64,000 bases of DNA from an uncultured Gammaproteobacteria bacterium (GCA_964599565.1 CAZRFE010000001.1:53335-117334), one strand, 5' to 3'; shown: positions 49,244 through 59,054, counted from the stretch's first letter. Notes: generated by a model not told the origin, from the sequence alone. A program made the numbers and translations.

Positions 49244-50158
49244 TCAGCGTTTCTCTTTCTTGACGGCGATGTTCGCCACGCCGTGCGGCACATGCCCGGA
49301 AGGGACGTGTTCGCGGGCAAGCTCGACGTGTCCGCTCTGATCGTCGAAGAAGATGTCCGCGCCGAAAGCCTTGAGAAACTGGGTCTTCTCCATGCCACCG
49401 AGGAACAAAGCTTCGTCGATGCGGATATGCCACGCGCGCAGCGTGCGGATGACGCGTTCGTGCGCGGGCGCGGAACGCGCGGTAACGAGCGCGGTGCGGA
49501 TGGGCGATGCGTCCATCGGGAACTCCGCCTGCAGGCGGTGCAGGGCTTCAAGAAAATTCTTGAAAGGCCCGCCGGACAAGGGCTTGCGTGCCGATTCGCG
49601 TTCGCTGGATGCGAATGCCTCGAGCCCCTTCTCCTTATATATACGCTCCGCTTCGTCGGAGAAGATCACCGCGTCACCGTCAAACGCGATGCGCAGCTGG
49701 TCCGCACCACCTTCCGTTGCCTTGCCGGGCAGAATGGTCGCAGCCGCGAAACCTGCATTCAGCGCATTGACGACATCCTCGGGTTCCGCGGACAGGAAAA
49801 GATCCGCGCCGAACGGCGCAACGTAACGCCAGGGAGACGCGCCATTGGTGAACGCTGCGCGCGTGATGTTCATGCCGTGGTGCGCGACGGAGTTGAAGAT
49901 GCGCAGGCCCGTATCCGCGGAATTGTGCGACAGCAGGATGATCTCGACCTTCTGCGGACCGGCGTCGTTCAACCGCAGCAGCTTTTTCACGAGCGGAAAC
50001 GCGATGCCCGGTTCAAGCAGCACGTCTTCATTCTCGATCTGGTAGCGCGCGTATTCTTCCAGCCCCTTCTCCACGAAGATGCGATGGCTTTCCTCCAGGT
50101 CGAACAGCGCCCGGGAGGAAATGGCAACCACCAGTTGTTCATTGCGTTTCTTCGGCAT
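49244..50158 (-). CDS. 5'-nucleotidase (cN-II-like bacterial family)
   Basis: N-terminus VVAISSRALFDLEESHRIFVEKGLEEYARYQIENED and C-terminus IFFDDQ resemble proteins annotated as 5'-nucleotidase (PF06189-like). The assignment is from memory. Confidence 0.65.
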   Translation of the reverse strand: MPKKRNEQLVVAISSRALFDLEESHRIFVEKGLEEYARYQIENEDVLLEPGIAFPLVKKLLRLNDAGPQKVEIILLSHNSADTGLRIFNSVAHHGMNITRAAFTNGASPWRYVAPFGADLFLSAEPEDVVNALNAGFAAATILPGKATEGGADQLRIAFDGDAVIFSDEAERIYKEKGLEAFASSERESARKPLSGGPFKNFLEALHRLQAEFPMDASPIRTALVTARSAPAHERVIRTLRAWHIRIDEALFLGGMEKTQFLKAFGADIFFDDQSGHVELAREHVPSGHVPHGVANIAVKKEKR

Positions 50159-50167
50159 GACGGCATT

Positions 50168-53100
50168 CTAGCCCAGCTCGGGCTCCCAGGAATGAAATGC
50201 ATCCTGCAGGGGAAAATACAGCGCGACCTTCACGGGCCTTCCCTCCAGCGCATGCACGAGACGCGCGTACCGTTCGAGCTGCGCGCGGTAACGGCGCGCC
50301 TGCTCGGCGAGAAATGCCGCAAGGTCGCCGCCTTCGTGCGTGCTTGTCTTGTAATCGACGATCCAGCGCGTGCCGTCGGCGTCGATGAACGTGCGATCGA
50401 TGCTCACGTTCACGCGTTCGCCGCGATCGACGCCGCCGAGCGACCATTCGCTGCGTGCCTCCTCGTGGCGCGCAAGCATCCACGCCGCGTGCTTCGAGCG
50501 CAGCACGCCCGAGAGAATCCTGCGCACATCGCTCGCCGCTTCCGCGCATTCGGCGTCGGGAATGCCAAGCGCTGCAAGCTGGCGCTCGACGGGCAGCGCG
50601 GCAATGCGTGCTGCATTCCATTGATCGAGACCGTCGCGCGCCATGCGTTCGAGCACACGGTGCACGAGCGTACCGGTGTGCCGCACGCGATCGCCCGCCC
50701 ATTCATAGAGGATGGGTGCGACCTCATCACCGCCGCTTGCAATGCCGCGCATCTTCACATCGATGGCCGGTCCCGGTTCCAGCGCGCGCGGTTGCCAGTC
50801 CGCCGGCAGGCGCCGCAGCGGACTGTCGCCGGCAACGGGCGGTGCAGGTGCAGGCTTCTCGGCGGGTACCGGCAGCGCTTCGAACGCGGCGCGCACGTCG
50901 GGCAGCGGCCAGAGCAGTTCGAGCAGCGAACCTGCCCGCGGCGGCGACAATGAAAGCCCGCCCGCATCGCTCGACCAGCGCGCCTTGCCGAGCAGGTGAA
51001 CGCGCCGCTTCGCACGCGTCACGCCGACATACAGCAAGCGCGCGCGCTCCATCGCTTCCTTCTCGTCCTTCAGCCGTTCGATGAAGCGATAGATCGCACC
51101 GCCCTCCTCGTCCTCGGGCGACTTCACGGGACCGAGCAGCACGTGTTCGCCGCCATCGTGTTGCGGCCGTTCCATCCAGTGAAACAGCAAACGATCCTTG
51201 CGGCCGGTCACCTGGTCGAGCGCGGGAATGATCACGGTATCGAACTGCAGGCCTTTCGCCTTGTGCAGCGTCATGATCTGCACGGCGGCGTCCGCATCCG
51301 GATCAGGTGCTGCAAACAGCTGCGACAGGCGCTCATCCAGCGTGTTCACGTCGGTGACGTCACCCGCATCCTCGTGCTGTTGCAGAAGCTCGAAGAACAG
51401 GCGCGCATTGTCGAGGTCCTCGCGTTCGTGCAGGACCGCGGGGCCGTGCAGCGCAAGCCACGTGCGTTCCACGCGTTCGCGCAAGCCGATGCGTCCGCGC
51501 ATTTCCTCCGCAGCGTCAAGCACGCAGCGCATGCGCTCAAGGCGCGCGCGCGCATCTTCGGAAAGCGTTTTCAGGGTGTCTGCATCGCGGATCGCATCGT
51601 GAACGGCGCCATCGCGCGAAAGCGCCGCCAGCGCGTGCAGGTCGAGCCCGCACCACGGCGCGCGCAGCACGGACAGCAGCGCCGTGCCATCGGCGGGATT
51701 GACGAGCGCGCGGGCGAGCGCGAGCAGGTCCTGCACCAGCGGGACAGCCTGCAGCGATTCGAGTTCGACCGCGCGAAACGCGATGCCGCCGTCGCGCAGC
51801 CGCGGCAGGATGCGCGCAAGATGCGCGCGGCCGCGCACGAGTATCGCGGTGCTGGCGTTGTCCGCATCCGCAAGTGCTGCACGCACGAGTTCGACAACGC
51901 GTTCGGCTTCCGCATCCTGGGCATGCTGTTCAAACGCATGAATCTCGATTGGCGCACCGAGCGCGGATTTCACGGCGTGCGACGGTTCAAAACGTATCGC
52001 ACCCGTTGCGATGTCGTCGCGCGGCGGAAATATTCCGGCAAACGCCGCGTTCACCCATTCGACGATTCCCGACTGCGAGCGGAAGTTCGCGGACAGGCGC
52101 AGCGATTCGAGATCGAGCGCGCCGAGCCCGTGATCGCGCACCGCGAGGAAATGACCGACTTCCGCTTCACGGAACTGGTAGATCGACTGCATGGGATCGC
52201 CGACGAGGAACAGGCTGCGCCCGTCGCCTGCCGACCAGTCGCGCGTCAGTCGCAGCAGGAGATCGATCTGGCTGTGTGACGTGTCCTGGAATTCATCGAT
52301 CAGCAGGTGCCGGATCCGGTGGTCCAGCCGAAGCGCGAGATCGGTGGGCGCGGATGCATCGCCGAGCGCTGCGCGCGCGCGTATCGAGAGTTCCGGGAAA
52401 TCGACTTCGCCCCGATCGCGAAACACTTCCTGCAGCGCCAGCACCGCATACGGCATGACGTGATTGAGCGCCTCGAGCACGCGCCACTGCGCATCGGTGT
52501 AGCTGACGGGCGGCAGCAGCGTCACGCGCTTCAGCAAACCTGTTGCAAGCGTGTTGCCGTTCAACGCGTCCAGCACCTCGACCATCGCGGCCTTGTGCGA
52601 TTCGCGCGCGGCCTTCTCCGCAGGTGCAATGCCGCGCTCGCTCGCGGCGGGAAAACCTGCCGTTGCGTTCAGGCCGCGCGGCTTGCGCAATTCGCCCGTG
52701 GCGGTGAGCAGCAGTTTCGCTACGCACTGCCAGCCGGCGAGATCGTGCGCGCGCGCGCCGGGCGCCTTTTCCTGTGCGGCAAGCGTCCGCAATCCTTCGC
52801 TGTCCACGTTTCGTTCCGAGCGTTCGAGGTAACGCGAACAGCGCGCTGCGATTTCCGGGATCATTGCATGTACATGCCGCGGGAACTCCGCGTCGAGTAC
52901 GCGCAGTACATGCTCGATCTCGGTGACGAGCGCGGCTTCCAGCGATGCGCGATCAAGCCCGCCGATCTCGAGGTGACGCAGCCAGAGATCGCGACGCGCG
53001 AGCATCGCGGCCAGCAGTTGCAGAAGTTCGTCAAGCCGGTTGTCGAGATGCGCAAGCAGCACGCGCAACGCCGCTCCCGCATCGTCGCGCCGGTCGATGT

Positions 53101-53596
53101 CCGAAAGCAGGCGCAGTGCGGCCGCGCGGCACAGGTCCGCGGACTGTTCCGCGATCGCGGGCGATTGGCCGAGCCCGGAACGCACCGGCAACTGGCGCGC
53201 GAGCATGGCATTGAATGAATCGATGGTCGCAACGCGAAGGCGCGCGGGATTTTCCAGCAGACCCCAGCCGCAATGCGCGTCGCGCGCAAGTGCTGCAAGC
53301 GCAAGCTCGCGCGTGCGCTGTGCGTTCGCTTCAAGAACGCCGGCATCGCGTCGCGCGGCGTGCATTGCGCCGAGAATGCGCTCGCGCATCTCCGCGGCCG
53401 CCTTGCGCGTGAACGTGATGGCGACGATCTCCTCCGGCTGTTCCACGTCCGCGAGCAGGCGCAGGAAGCGTTGCGTGAGCAAGCCGGTCTTGCCGGAGCC
53501 CGCCGGCGCCTGGACGATGAAGCTTCGGTGCGGATCGAGCGCGGCGTCGCGCGCGGCCTGGTCGGGCGGGACGCGGTGCATGGAAAGATCAGTCAT
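50168..53596 (-). CDS. addA: AddA-type UvrD-family helicase with C-terminal PD-(D/E)XK nuclease
   Basis: Start MTDLSMHRV. Walker A APAGSGKTG, DEFQDTS and further UvrD motifs. C-terminal nuclease motif IDRTFID...WIVDYKTS. 8-nt overlap with the addB stop. Confidence 0.85.
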   Translation of the reverse strand: MTDLSMHRVPPDQAARDAALDPHRSFIVQAPAGSGKTGLLTQRFLRLLADVEQPEEIVAITFTRKAAAEMRERILGAMHAARRDAGVLEANAQRTRELALAALARDAHCGWGLLENPARLRVATIDSFNAMLARQLPVRSGLGQSPAIAEQSADLCRAAALRLLSDIDRRDDAGAALRVLLAHLDNRLDELLQLLAAMLARRDLWLRHLEIGGLDRASLEAALVTEIEHVLRVLDAEFPRHVHAMIPEIAARCSRYLERSERNVDSEGLRTLAAQEKAPGARAHDLAGWQCVAKLLLTATGELRKPRGLNATAGFPAASERGIAPAEKAARESHKAAMVEVLDALNGNTLATGLLKRVTLLPPVSYTDAQWRVLEALNHVMPYAVLALQEVFRDRGEVDFPELSIRARAALGDASAPTDLALRLDHRIRHLLIDEFQDTSHSQIDLLLRLTRDWSAGDGRSLFLVGDPMQSIYQFREAEVGHFLAVRDHGLGALDLESLRLSANFRSQSGIVEWVNAAFAGIFPPRDDIATGAIRFEPSHAVKSALGAPIEIHAFEQHAQDAEAERVVELVRAALADADNASTAILVRGRAHLARILPRLRDGGIAFRAVELESLQAVPLVQDLLALARALVNPADGTALLSVLRAPWCGLDLHALAALSRDGAVHDAIRDADTLKTLSEDARARLERMRCVLDAAEEMRGRIGLRERVERTWLALHGPAVLHEREDLDNARLFFELLQQHEDAGDVTDVNTLDERLSQLFAAPDPDADAAVQIMTLHKAKGLQFDTVIIPALDQVTGRKDRLLFHWMERPQHDGGEHVLLGPVKSPEDEEGGAIYRFIERLKDEKEAMERARLLYVGVTRAKRRVHLLGKARWSSDAGGLSLSPPRAGSLLELLWPLPDVRAAFEALPVPAEKPAPAPPVAGDSPLRRLPADWQPRALEPGPAIDVKMRGIASGGDEVAPILYEWAGDRVRHTGTLVHRVLERMARDGLDQWNAARIAALPVERQLAALGIPDAECAEAASDVRRILSGVLRSKHAAWMLARHEEARSEWSLGGVDRGERVNVSIDRTFIDADGTRWIVDYKTSTHEGGDLAAFLAEQARRYRAQLERYARLVHALEGRPVKVALYFPLQDAFHSWEPELG

Positions 53597-56318
53597 CGCT
53601 GTCCTCCACGCGCTCGCGCGACTGTTCGTGAATGCGGCACAGCGTGGCGAGATGGCAGTAATCGCATGCACCGCGCAGGGGGTCGACGCGCGCCTCGCCC
53701 GCCGCAAAGCCTTCGCCAAGCGCGGCGATGGCATGTTCCCAGTGCGTGACGGCTTCATCCCAGTCGTTCACGCGCTTCGTCTTCGCGACATTCACCATGC
53801 CTGCAATGCCCGGATCGCTATCGCCGTTGCCATCGCCATCCGCAAAACGCATCACGCCCTGCAGCGATTCGCGTCCCGTCCGCAGGCTGGCAACCGCAAT
53901 GCCCGCGGCCACGGGAAGCCCCGCCTGCCTGCGCGCAACCACGTACGCGGGCAACTGCGGCGCGCGCGGGCGATCGCCGAAGAAATCGTTCTTCGCCGGC
54001 GCGCTGCCGGTCTTGTAGTCGATGATGATCTCGCTGCCATCGCGCAGCACGTCGACGCGATCGAGCTTGCCGCGCAACGTGAGCGGACCGGCATGGACAA
54101 GCGTGTGCGCGCTGCTGCCGTCCGCACGCACGCCCTCGACTTCCGCAACCGTGAATTCCGGCCGCTGCAGCTCGACGTTTCCGAACCATCGCAGCATCAC
54201 GTTCACAAGGCGCGCTCGTTCAAGTTCGCGCAGGCTGTCGCGCCAGCGATGCCGTTGCGAACGCAGGCTTTCGGCAAGCGCGGCATCGACTGCATCGCCG
54301 ATCGCGCGTTCAAGTTCACCGTCATCGCGCAACCGTTCCAGCGTCGCGCGCGTGCGCCATGCCTGCCACAGGCGTTCCAGCACGCGGTGCGCAAGTTGCC
54401 CGCGGATGCGCGCATCCGGTCCGGGTTGCGGCGTCGGCCAGTCCTGCGCACCGAGCCTGTGAATTGCGAACGCACGGAACGGGCAATGCGACTGATCCTG
54501 CAGCAGCGCGGTACCGCCGTGGGTGCGCCCATCCTCGCCGTCATCGGCGTGCGGCGGACCATGATCGTCCACCCGCGTTTCGAGCCGGGTATTGTCGAAC
54601 CATTGCGATGCAACCGGCGGAAAGGCGGACACCGGATGCGCGTCGGGCAGGCCGTTCAGCAGCGGTGACGGCGCAAGATCCGCATCGCCTTCGCGCAACG
54701 GATAGCTCGCGACGATTTCCGGCGCGGCGTTGCGAAGTCCTTCGAACAGTTCGCGCGCGAATGCAAGTTCGCGCACCGCGGATGATTGCGGCAGATGCTT
54801 CGCGCGCTGCACGGCAACAGGCAGGAAGGGATTCGGACGCGGCGCCGCCGGCAACACGTCATCCGTCAGGCCCGTCACCCACAGCGCATCGAACTGCATG
54901 CCCGTCGCTTCGAGCAGTCCGAGCACCTGCACGGGTGCGTCTGCGGCGCGCGGCTGGAACAGGGTTTCATTCGCGAAGCGGTTGAGCCAGGCAAGCGCAT
55001 CACCGCGGCTGCACCGGCCGAGCACCGGGTCGAGTTCAACCAGTCGCGCAAGCTGCGCATTCCATGCCTCGCGCGCCTGGTATTCGTTGCTGTCGAGCGC
55101 GCGGCCACGACACCATCCCAGGGTTTCGAGCCAGCGGCTGAAATGCCGCGCCCATTCCGACGGCTGTGCAACGCTCGGCGCGGCACCGATTTCCGCGCGC
55201 AGGCTCTCGAGCGCAAGCGCAAGTGCGCCGCAGTGTTCGCGCGCGGCAAGACGCTGCCAGTCGGTGAGCGTGAATTCCGCGAAACCCTCGCGCCGCATGA
55301 CTGCTTCCAGCCGCCATCGCGCGGTCAGTTCCGATCCGGGTCCAAGATACGGCGAGCGGCACAGGCGCGCCGCTGTCGTGAATTCGATGCGATACCCGGT
55401 GAGCGACAGCAGCGCGAGTGCGTCCGCGACCAGCGCGCACGCAGCAAGCGGCTCGCCGAGCGAAAAATTGAATGGCAGTGGCGATGCATCGAACCCGGCG
55501 AGCGTGGATGGCGCAAGCGCGTCGGTGAGTTCACGCCGAAGCGCTGCGCGGCGCGCACCGAGATCAGGCACGACAATGCCGATGCGCGGCGCAACCTTTC
55601 CCGCGTGCGCGAGCAGCTGCGACCGTGCCCAGGCCGCAACCGCGGCGTTTTCCGCGCGCGCATCGCTGCATGCAAGACGCCGCGCATCGCCCGGCGCATG
55701 CGATGACACGGCGCGCTCCACGTCCGCGCCGAGCGCGCGCAGTGCATTCCAGCGCGTCTCATCGCGCGGCGCAATCTCCATGAAGCCCGCGAGCCGGATC
55801 GATGCCGGCAGGTATTCGTGCGCCGCGCCCGCGCGTTCGAGCGCACCGAGCACCGCTTCGGGCAAGGCGTATTCCGGCAGCCAGCCGCGCTCGGCGCATT
55901 CCTGCTCGAAGCGGCGTCCCCATCCGATCATCAACCGCGTTTCCTCCAGCGGGTCGCCGGCGAGCGCGTCGATATCGAGCTGCCAGTCACGGCACAGCAG
56001 CCAGGCATCCAGCGCGCTGCGCGCCGCGCCCGCCGTCTGCAGCAGCGGCATGTCCGCGAATGTCTCCGCGACCAGCATTTCAAAACGGCATGAAACCGCC
56101 GCGCGCGACAGCACGCTTCTGGCCGCGAGCGCGGTGTCTTCCTGTTCGAGCTCGATCGCAAGCCGCCGCCAGAACGCGCCGACAGGCAGGATGTCCGGCC
56201 GCTCCCAGGCACGCCGGCCGGCGGCAAGTTCGGCATCCGCCGCGCGCTCGTGCAGATGCCGGGCAAGACGATCGGACGCGGTAACGACAGTGGCGCGTTT
56301 CGCAGTGGCTGGAATCAT
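53589..56318 (-). CDS. addB: AddB-type PD-(D/E)XK nuclease family protein
   Basis: Start MIPATAKRATVVTASDRLARHL. C-terminal IIDYKTG nuclease motif and Cys cluster CDYCHLATLC (Fe-S-type). The ORF-track N-terminal extension is antisense to the MBL gene and was rejected. Confidence 0.8.
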   Translation of the reverse strand: MIPATAKRATVVTASDRLARHLHERAADAELAAGRRAWERPDILPVGAFWRRLAIELEQEDTALAARSVLSRAAVSCRFEMLVAETFADMPLLQTAGAARSALDAWLLCRDWQLDIDALAGDPLEETRLMIGWGRRFEQECAERGWLPEYALPEAVLGALERAGAAHEYLPASIRLAGFMEIAPRDETRWNALRALGADVERAVSSHAPGDARRLACSDARAENAAVAAWARSQLLAHAGKVAPRIGIVVPDLGARRAALRRELTDALAPSTLAGFDASPLPFNFSLGEPLAACALVADALALLSLTGYRIEFTTAARLCRSPYLGPGSELTARWRLEAVMRREGFAEFTLTDWQRLAAREHCGALALALESLRAEIGAAPSVAQPSEWARHFSRWLETLGWCRGRALDSNEYQAREAWNAQLARLVELDPVLGRCSRGDALAWLNRFANETLFQPRAADAPVQVLGLLEATGMQFDALWVTGLTDDVLPAAPRPNPFLPVAVQRAKHLPQSSAVRELAFARELFEGLRNAAPEIVASYPLREGDADLAPSPLLNGLPDAHPVSAFPPVASQWFDNTRLETRVDDHGPPHADDGEDGRTHGGTALLQDQSHCPFRAFAIHRLGAQDWPTPQPGPDARIRGQLAHRVLERLWQAWRTRATLERLRDDGELERAIGDAVDAALAESLRSQRHRWRDSLRELERARLVNVMLRWFGNVELQRPEFTVAEVEGVRADGSSAHTLVHAGPLTLRGKLDRVDVLRDGSEIIIDYKTGSAPAKNDFFGDRPRAPQLPAYVVARRQAGLPVAAGIAVASLRTGRESLQGVMRFADGDGNGDSDPGIAGMVNVAKTKRVNDWDEAVTHWEHAIAALGEGFAAGEARVDPLRGACDYCHLATLCRIHEQSRERVEDSDD

Positions 56319-56495
56319 TCTCTGTGCCGGAAAAGGGCGGGAATCGCGGCTATTCTTGTCTGATCCGGCGGCCGGATCGGGTGTCGGCAGTATATCGCTG
56401 GAGTATGATGGCGGCCAAAGCGTGACCGCGCCGGCAGGAAACCGCGCGAAGAACCGGCAGGACGCAACAAGAACAAGAGACAGCAAAGGGGCACG

Positions 56496-57311
56496 ATGAT
56501 GAATGGGCTCTGGTGGGGGGCTACGCGTCCGGCGGTCGCGCTCGCGATCGTTGCCATCGTTTCCGCCTGTGCAGCACCGGTCGAGCGGCCGGATCCCGAC
56601 GGCTACCGGGAAACGATGAAATCGCTGAATCACACGCGCGCCATCCAGCCGACAGTGATCTCGCGCGACCTGCATGTATTCGAGGTCGGCGAGAATCTCT
56701 GGGTGCACCGCAGCTATTACGATCTCGGCGGCCAGCGCCTGCACGCCAACGGCATGATCATGATCGGCGAGGATCGCGTCACCGTGATCGATGCGCCGTG
56801 GACGCCGACCGCCGCCTACGACCTGCTCGACTGGCTCGACAGCAACCAGCCCGGCAAGGCGAAGCGGCTGGTCATCACGCATGCGCATGACGATCGCATG
56901 GGCAGCATCGACGTCTTCGCGGAACGCATGATTCCCGTCTACAGCCAGCGCAACACCGCGCAGCTTGCGCGGCAGCTGGGCTGGACGGCGCCGAACTTCG
57001 TGTTCGACGACAGCCTGCCGCTGCGTTCCGGCGAGCAGGCCATCGAGCTTTACTATCCCGGCCCCGCGCACACGCTCGACAACATCATCGCGTGGTTCCC
57101 GGAGGCGAAAGTCCTGTTCGGCGGCTGCATGGTGAAGTCGCAGCACGCCGGTTCGCTGGGATTCGTCGGCGACGCGGACAAGCAGTCCTGGCCGCTCGCG
57201 CTGCGCCGCGCGCTCGCCCGCTACCCGGAAGCCACGCAGGTCATTCCCGGACACGGCCTGCCCGGCGACACCGAGCTGATGACGCACACGCTGGAACTGC
57301 TCGAAAAATAA
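56496..57311 (+). CDS. subclass B1 metallo-beta-lactamase, predicted lipoprotein
   Basis: All B1 zinc ligands are present: ITHAHDD (H116/H118/D120), GPAHTLDN (H196), FGGCMVKS (C221) and IPGHG (H263). The signal peptide ends in the lipobox IVSAC. Confidence 0.85.
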   Translation: MMNGLWWGATRPAVALAIVAIVSACAAPVERPDPDGYRETMKSLNHTRAIQPTVISRDLHVFEVGENLWVHRSYYDLGGQRLHANGMIMIGEDRVTVIDAPWTPTAAYDLLDWLDSNQPGKAKRLVITHAHDDRMGSIDVFAERMIPVYSQRNTAQLARQLGWTAPNFVFDDSLPLRSGEQAIELYYPGPAHTLDNIIAWFPEAKVLFGGCMVKSQHAGSLGFVGDADKQSWPLALRRALARYPEATQVIPGHGLPGDTELMTHTLELLEK

Positions 57312-57341
57312 ACGCCCCAGGCTCCCGCATCCCTCGCACGC

Positions 57342-57370
57342 ACCGCCCCCTTCCGGGGCGGTTTTCATTT
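57342..57370 (+). terminator. rho-independent terminator after the MBL gene
   Basis: ACCGCCCC-cttcc-GGGGCGGT followed by TTTTCATTT. Confidence 0.7.
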
Positions 57371-57383
57371 GCGGCTTGTTTTT

Positions 57384-57407
57384 TTAATTAATTACTTGTT
57401 TAATTAA
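57384..57407. promoter_or_regulatory. twin TTAATTAA palindromes (putative TetR operator / promoter)
   Basis: TTAATTAA at 57384-57391 and at 57400-57407, separated by 8 bp, ending 4 bp before the tetR-family ATG. Only about 2 G/C in roughly 30 bp. Confidence 0.4.
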
Positions 57408-57411
57408 CAGC

Positions 57412-58086
57412 ATGAAAACCCGCAGGAACCCGAATGCTTCACCGCGCCGCCCCGGCCGGCGCGCGGCAGCCGCGAGCGACAGCGCCGACACGCGGCACCA
57501 GCTGCTGCTCGCCGCGCGCAGCGAGTTCGCGACCCACGGCTTTCGCGGCACGACCATGCGGCGCATCGCCGAGCGCGCGGCCGTCACGCCGGCGATGATC
57601 CACTATCACTTCGGCGACAAGCGCGGGCTTTATCTCGCCATGCTCCAGGAAACCGTCGGCCCGCTGCTTGGCGACCTCGAACAACTCGCGGCAAGCGGCG
57701 GCGCAGGTTCGCTGCGCGAGGCGCTGTTCGGTTACATGCACCAGCTCGCACACACGCCCGAACTGCCCGCGCTGCTGATGCGCGACGTGCTCGCAACGGA
57801 CGGCGTGATGCGCGAGACGTTCATTCGCGATTTCGCGGCACGCGGTGCGGCTGCAATGCGCGCGATCCTTGAGCGCGACTTCGCGGACGGCCGCCTGCGC
57901 CGCGATCTCGATCCCGGCCTTGCGCTGCTGTCGCTGATGAGCATGGCGGTGTTTCCGTTCATCGCGCGGCCCGTCGCACAGAAGGTGCTCGGCCTTGCCT
58001 ATGACGACGCGATGATCGCGCAGCTTGCCGAACACACCGCGCGTCTTTTCTACACGGGCGCGAGCAACGAGGAGCACAGGACATGA
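57412..58086 (+). CDS. TetR/AcrR family transcriptional regulator
   Basis: HTH region LLLAARSEFATHGFRGTTMRRIAERAAVTPAMIHYHFGDK. The stop overlaps the next gene. Confidence 0.88.
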   Translation: MKTRRNPNASPRRPGRRAAAASDSADTRHQLLLAARSEFATHGFRGTTMRRIAERAAVTPAMIHYHFGDKRGLYLAMLQETVGPLLGDLEQLAASGGAGSLREALFGYMHQLAHTPELPALLMRDVLATDGVMRETFIRDFAARGAAAMRAILERDFADGRLRRDLDPGLALLSLMSMAVFPFIARPVAQKVLGLAYDDAMIAQLAEHTARLFYTGASNEEHRT

Positions 58087-59054
58087 ACACCGCGCGACTG
58101 AACGCGAACGTGATCGCAATGCTTGTCGTGCTGATGGCCGCGGGTTGCGAACGCAGCGACGCGCCCGCCCTCGTCGGCACGCTGGAACGCGACCGCGTGA
58201 CGATTCCGGCAGAACTGTCGGAACCGATCGTCCGCATCCACGTGCATGAAGGCGACGCCGTTTCAGGCGGCGATGTGATTCTCGAGCTCGACGATGCGCG
58301 CGCGAGTGCCGAGCGCGACCGGCTCGCAGCGCTCGCAAACGCCTGGAAGCGGCGCGTCGATGAACTCGTGCGCGGACCGCGCAAGGAAAGCATTCGCGAA
58401 GCGCGCGCGCGTCTCGCCGCGGCGGAAGGACAGCGCCAGGCCGCGCAACATGAATACGCGCGCGTGAGCGCGTTGCATGCGGAAAGTCTCGCCAGCGAGG
58501 CAGCGCTTGATGCGGCACGCGCCGCGCGCGATGCGCGCCAGGGCGAACACGATGCCGCACGCGCATCGCTTGAAGCGCTGCTTGAAGGCACGACGATCGA
58601 GGAACTCGACCAGGCGCGCGCGCAACTGGATGCAGCGCAGGCCGCGCTTCGCGCGCAGGAACTGCTGATCGCGAGGCTTACGGTCACCGCGCCGCGCGAT
58701 GCGCGTATCGAAGCGCTGCCGTACCGGCAGGGCGCGCAGCCGCCGCGCGGCGCGGACGTCGTCGTGCTGCTCGCAAGCGGCGCGCCGCACGCGCGCGTCC
58801 ACATTCCCGTTGCGTGGCGCGCATCGTTCACCGAAGGCGCACCGGTCAGCGTGAACGTCCCGGGTTTCGGAAGCTATGCGGGTCGCGTGCGCTGGGTGTC
58901 GTCCGATGCGGCGTTCACGCCCTACTTCGCGCTCACGGAGCATGACCGCGACCGCATCAGTCATGTCGCGGAGATCACGCTGCTGGATGACGCCGCGAAC
59001 GATCTGCCTGCCGGCCTGCCGGTTGAAGTCTTCGCCGGCAATCGCGCGCCATGA
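58083..59054 (+). CDS. HlyD-family membrane fusion protein
   Basis: N-terminal anchor, long Ala/Arg-rich coiled coil and a beta-barrel C-terminus. Positioned as in ybhG-type operons. Confidence 0.8.
   Translation: MNTARLNANVIAMLVVLMAAGCERSDAPALVGTLERDRVTIPAELSEPIVRIHVHEGDAVSGGDVILELDDARASAERDRLAALANAWKRRVDELVRGPRKESIREARARLAAAEGQRQAAQHEYARVSALHAESLASEAALDAARAARDARQGEHDAARASLEALLEGTTIEELDQARAQLDAAQAALRAQELLIARLTVTAPRDARIEALPYRQGAQPPRGADVVVLLASGAPHARVHIPVAWRASFTEGAPVSVNVPGFGSYAGRVRWVSSDAAFTPYFALTEHDRDRISHVAEITLLDDAANDLPAGLPVEVFAGNRAP

Noticed and set aside
54730-56499. 589-aa plus-strand ORF inside addB
   Set aside because: It is extremely Ser/Ala/Arg-rich, a shadow frame opposite a gene with AddB nuclease and Cys-cluster motifs.
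56319-57368. N-terminal roughly 350-aa extension of the addB ORF (track ORF 53589..57368)
   Set aside because: The extension runs antisense through the whole MBL gene, which has a complete B1 motif set. An internal ATG (56318) gives an N-terminus typical of this family (TVVTASDRLARHL).
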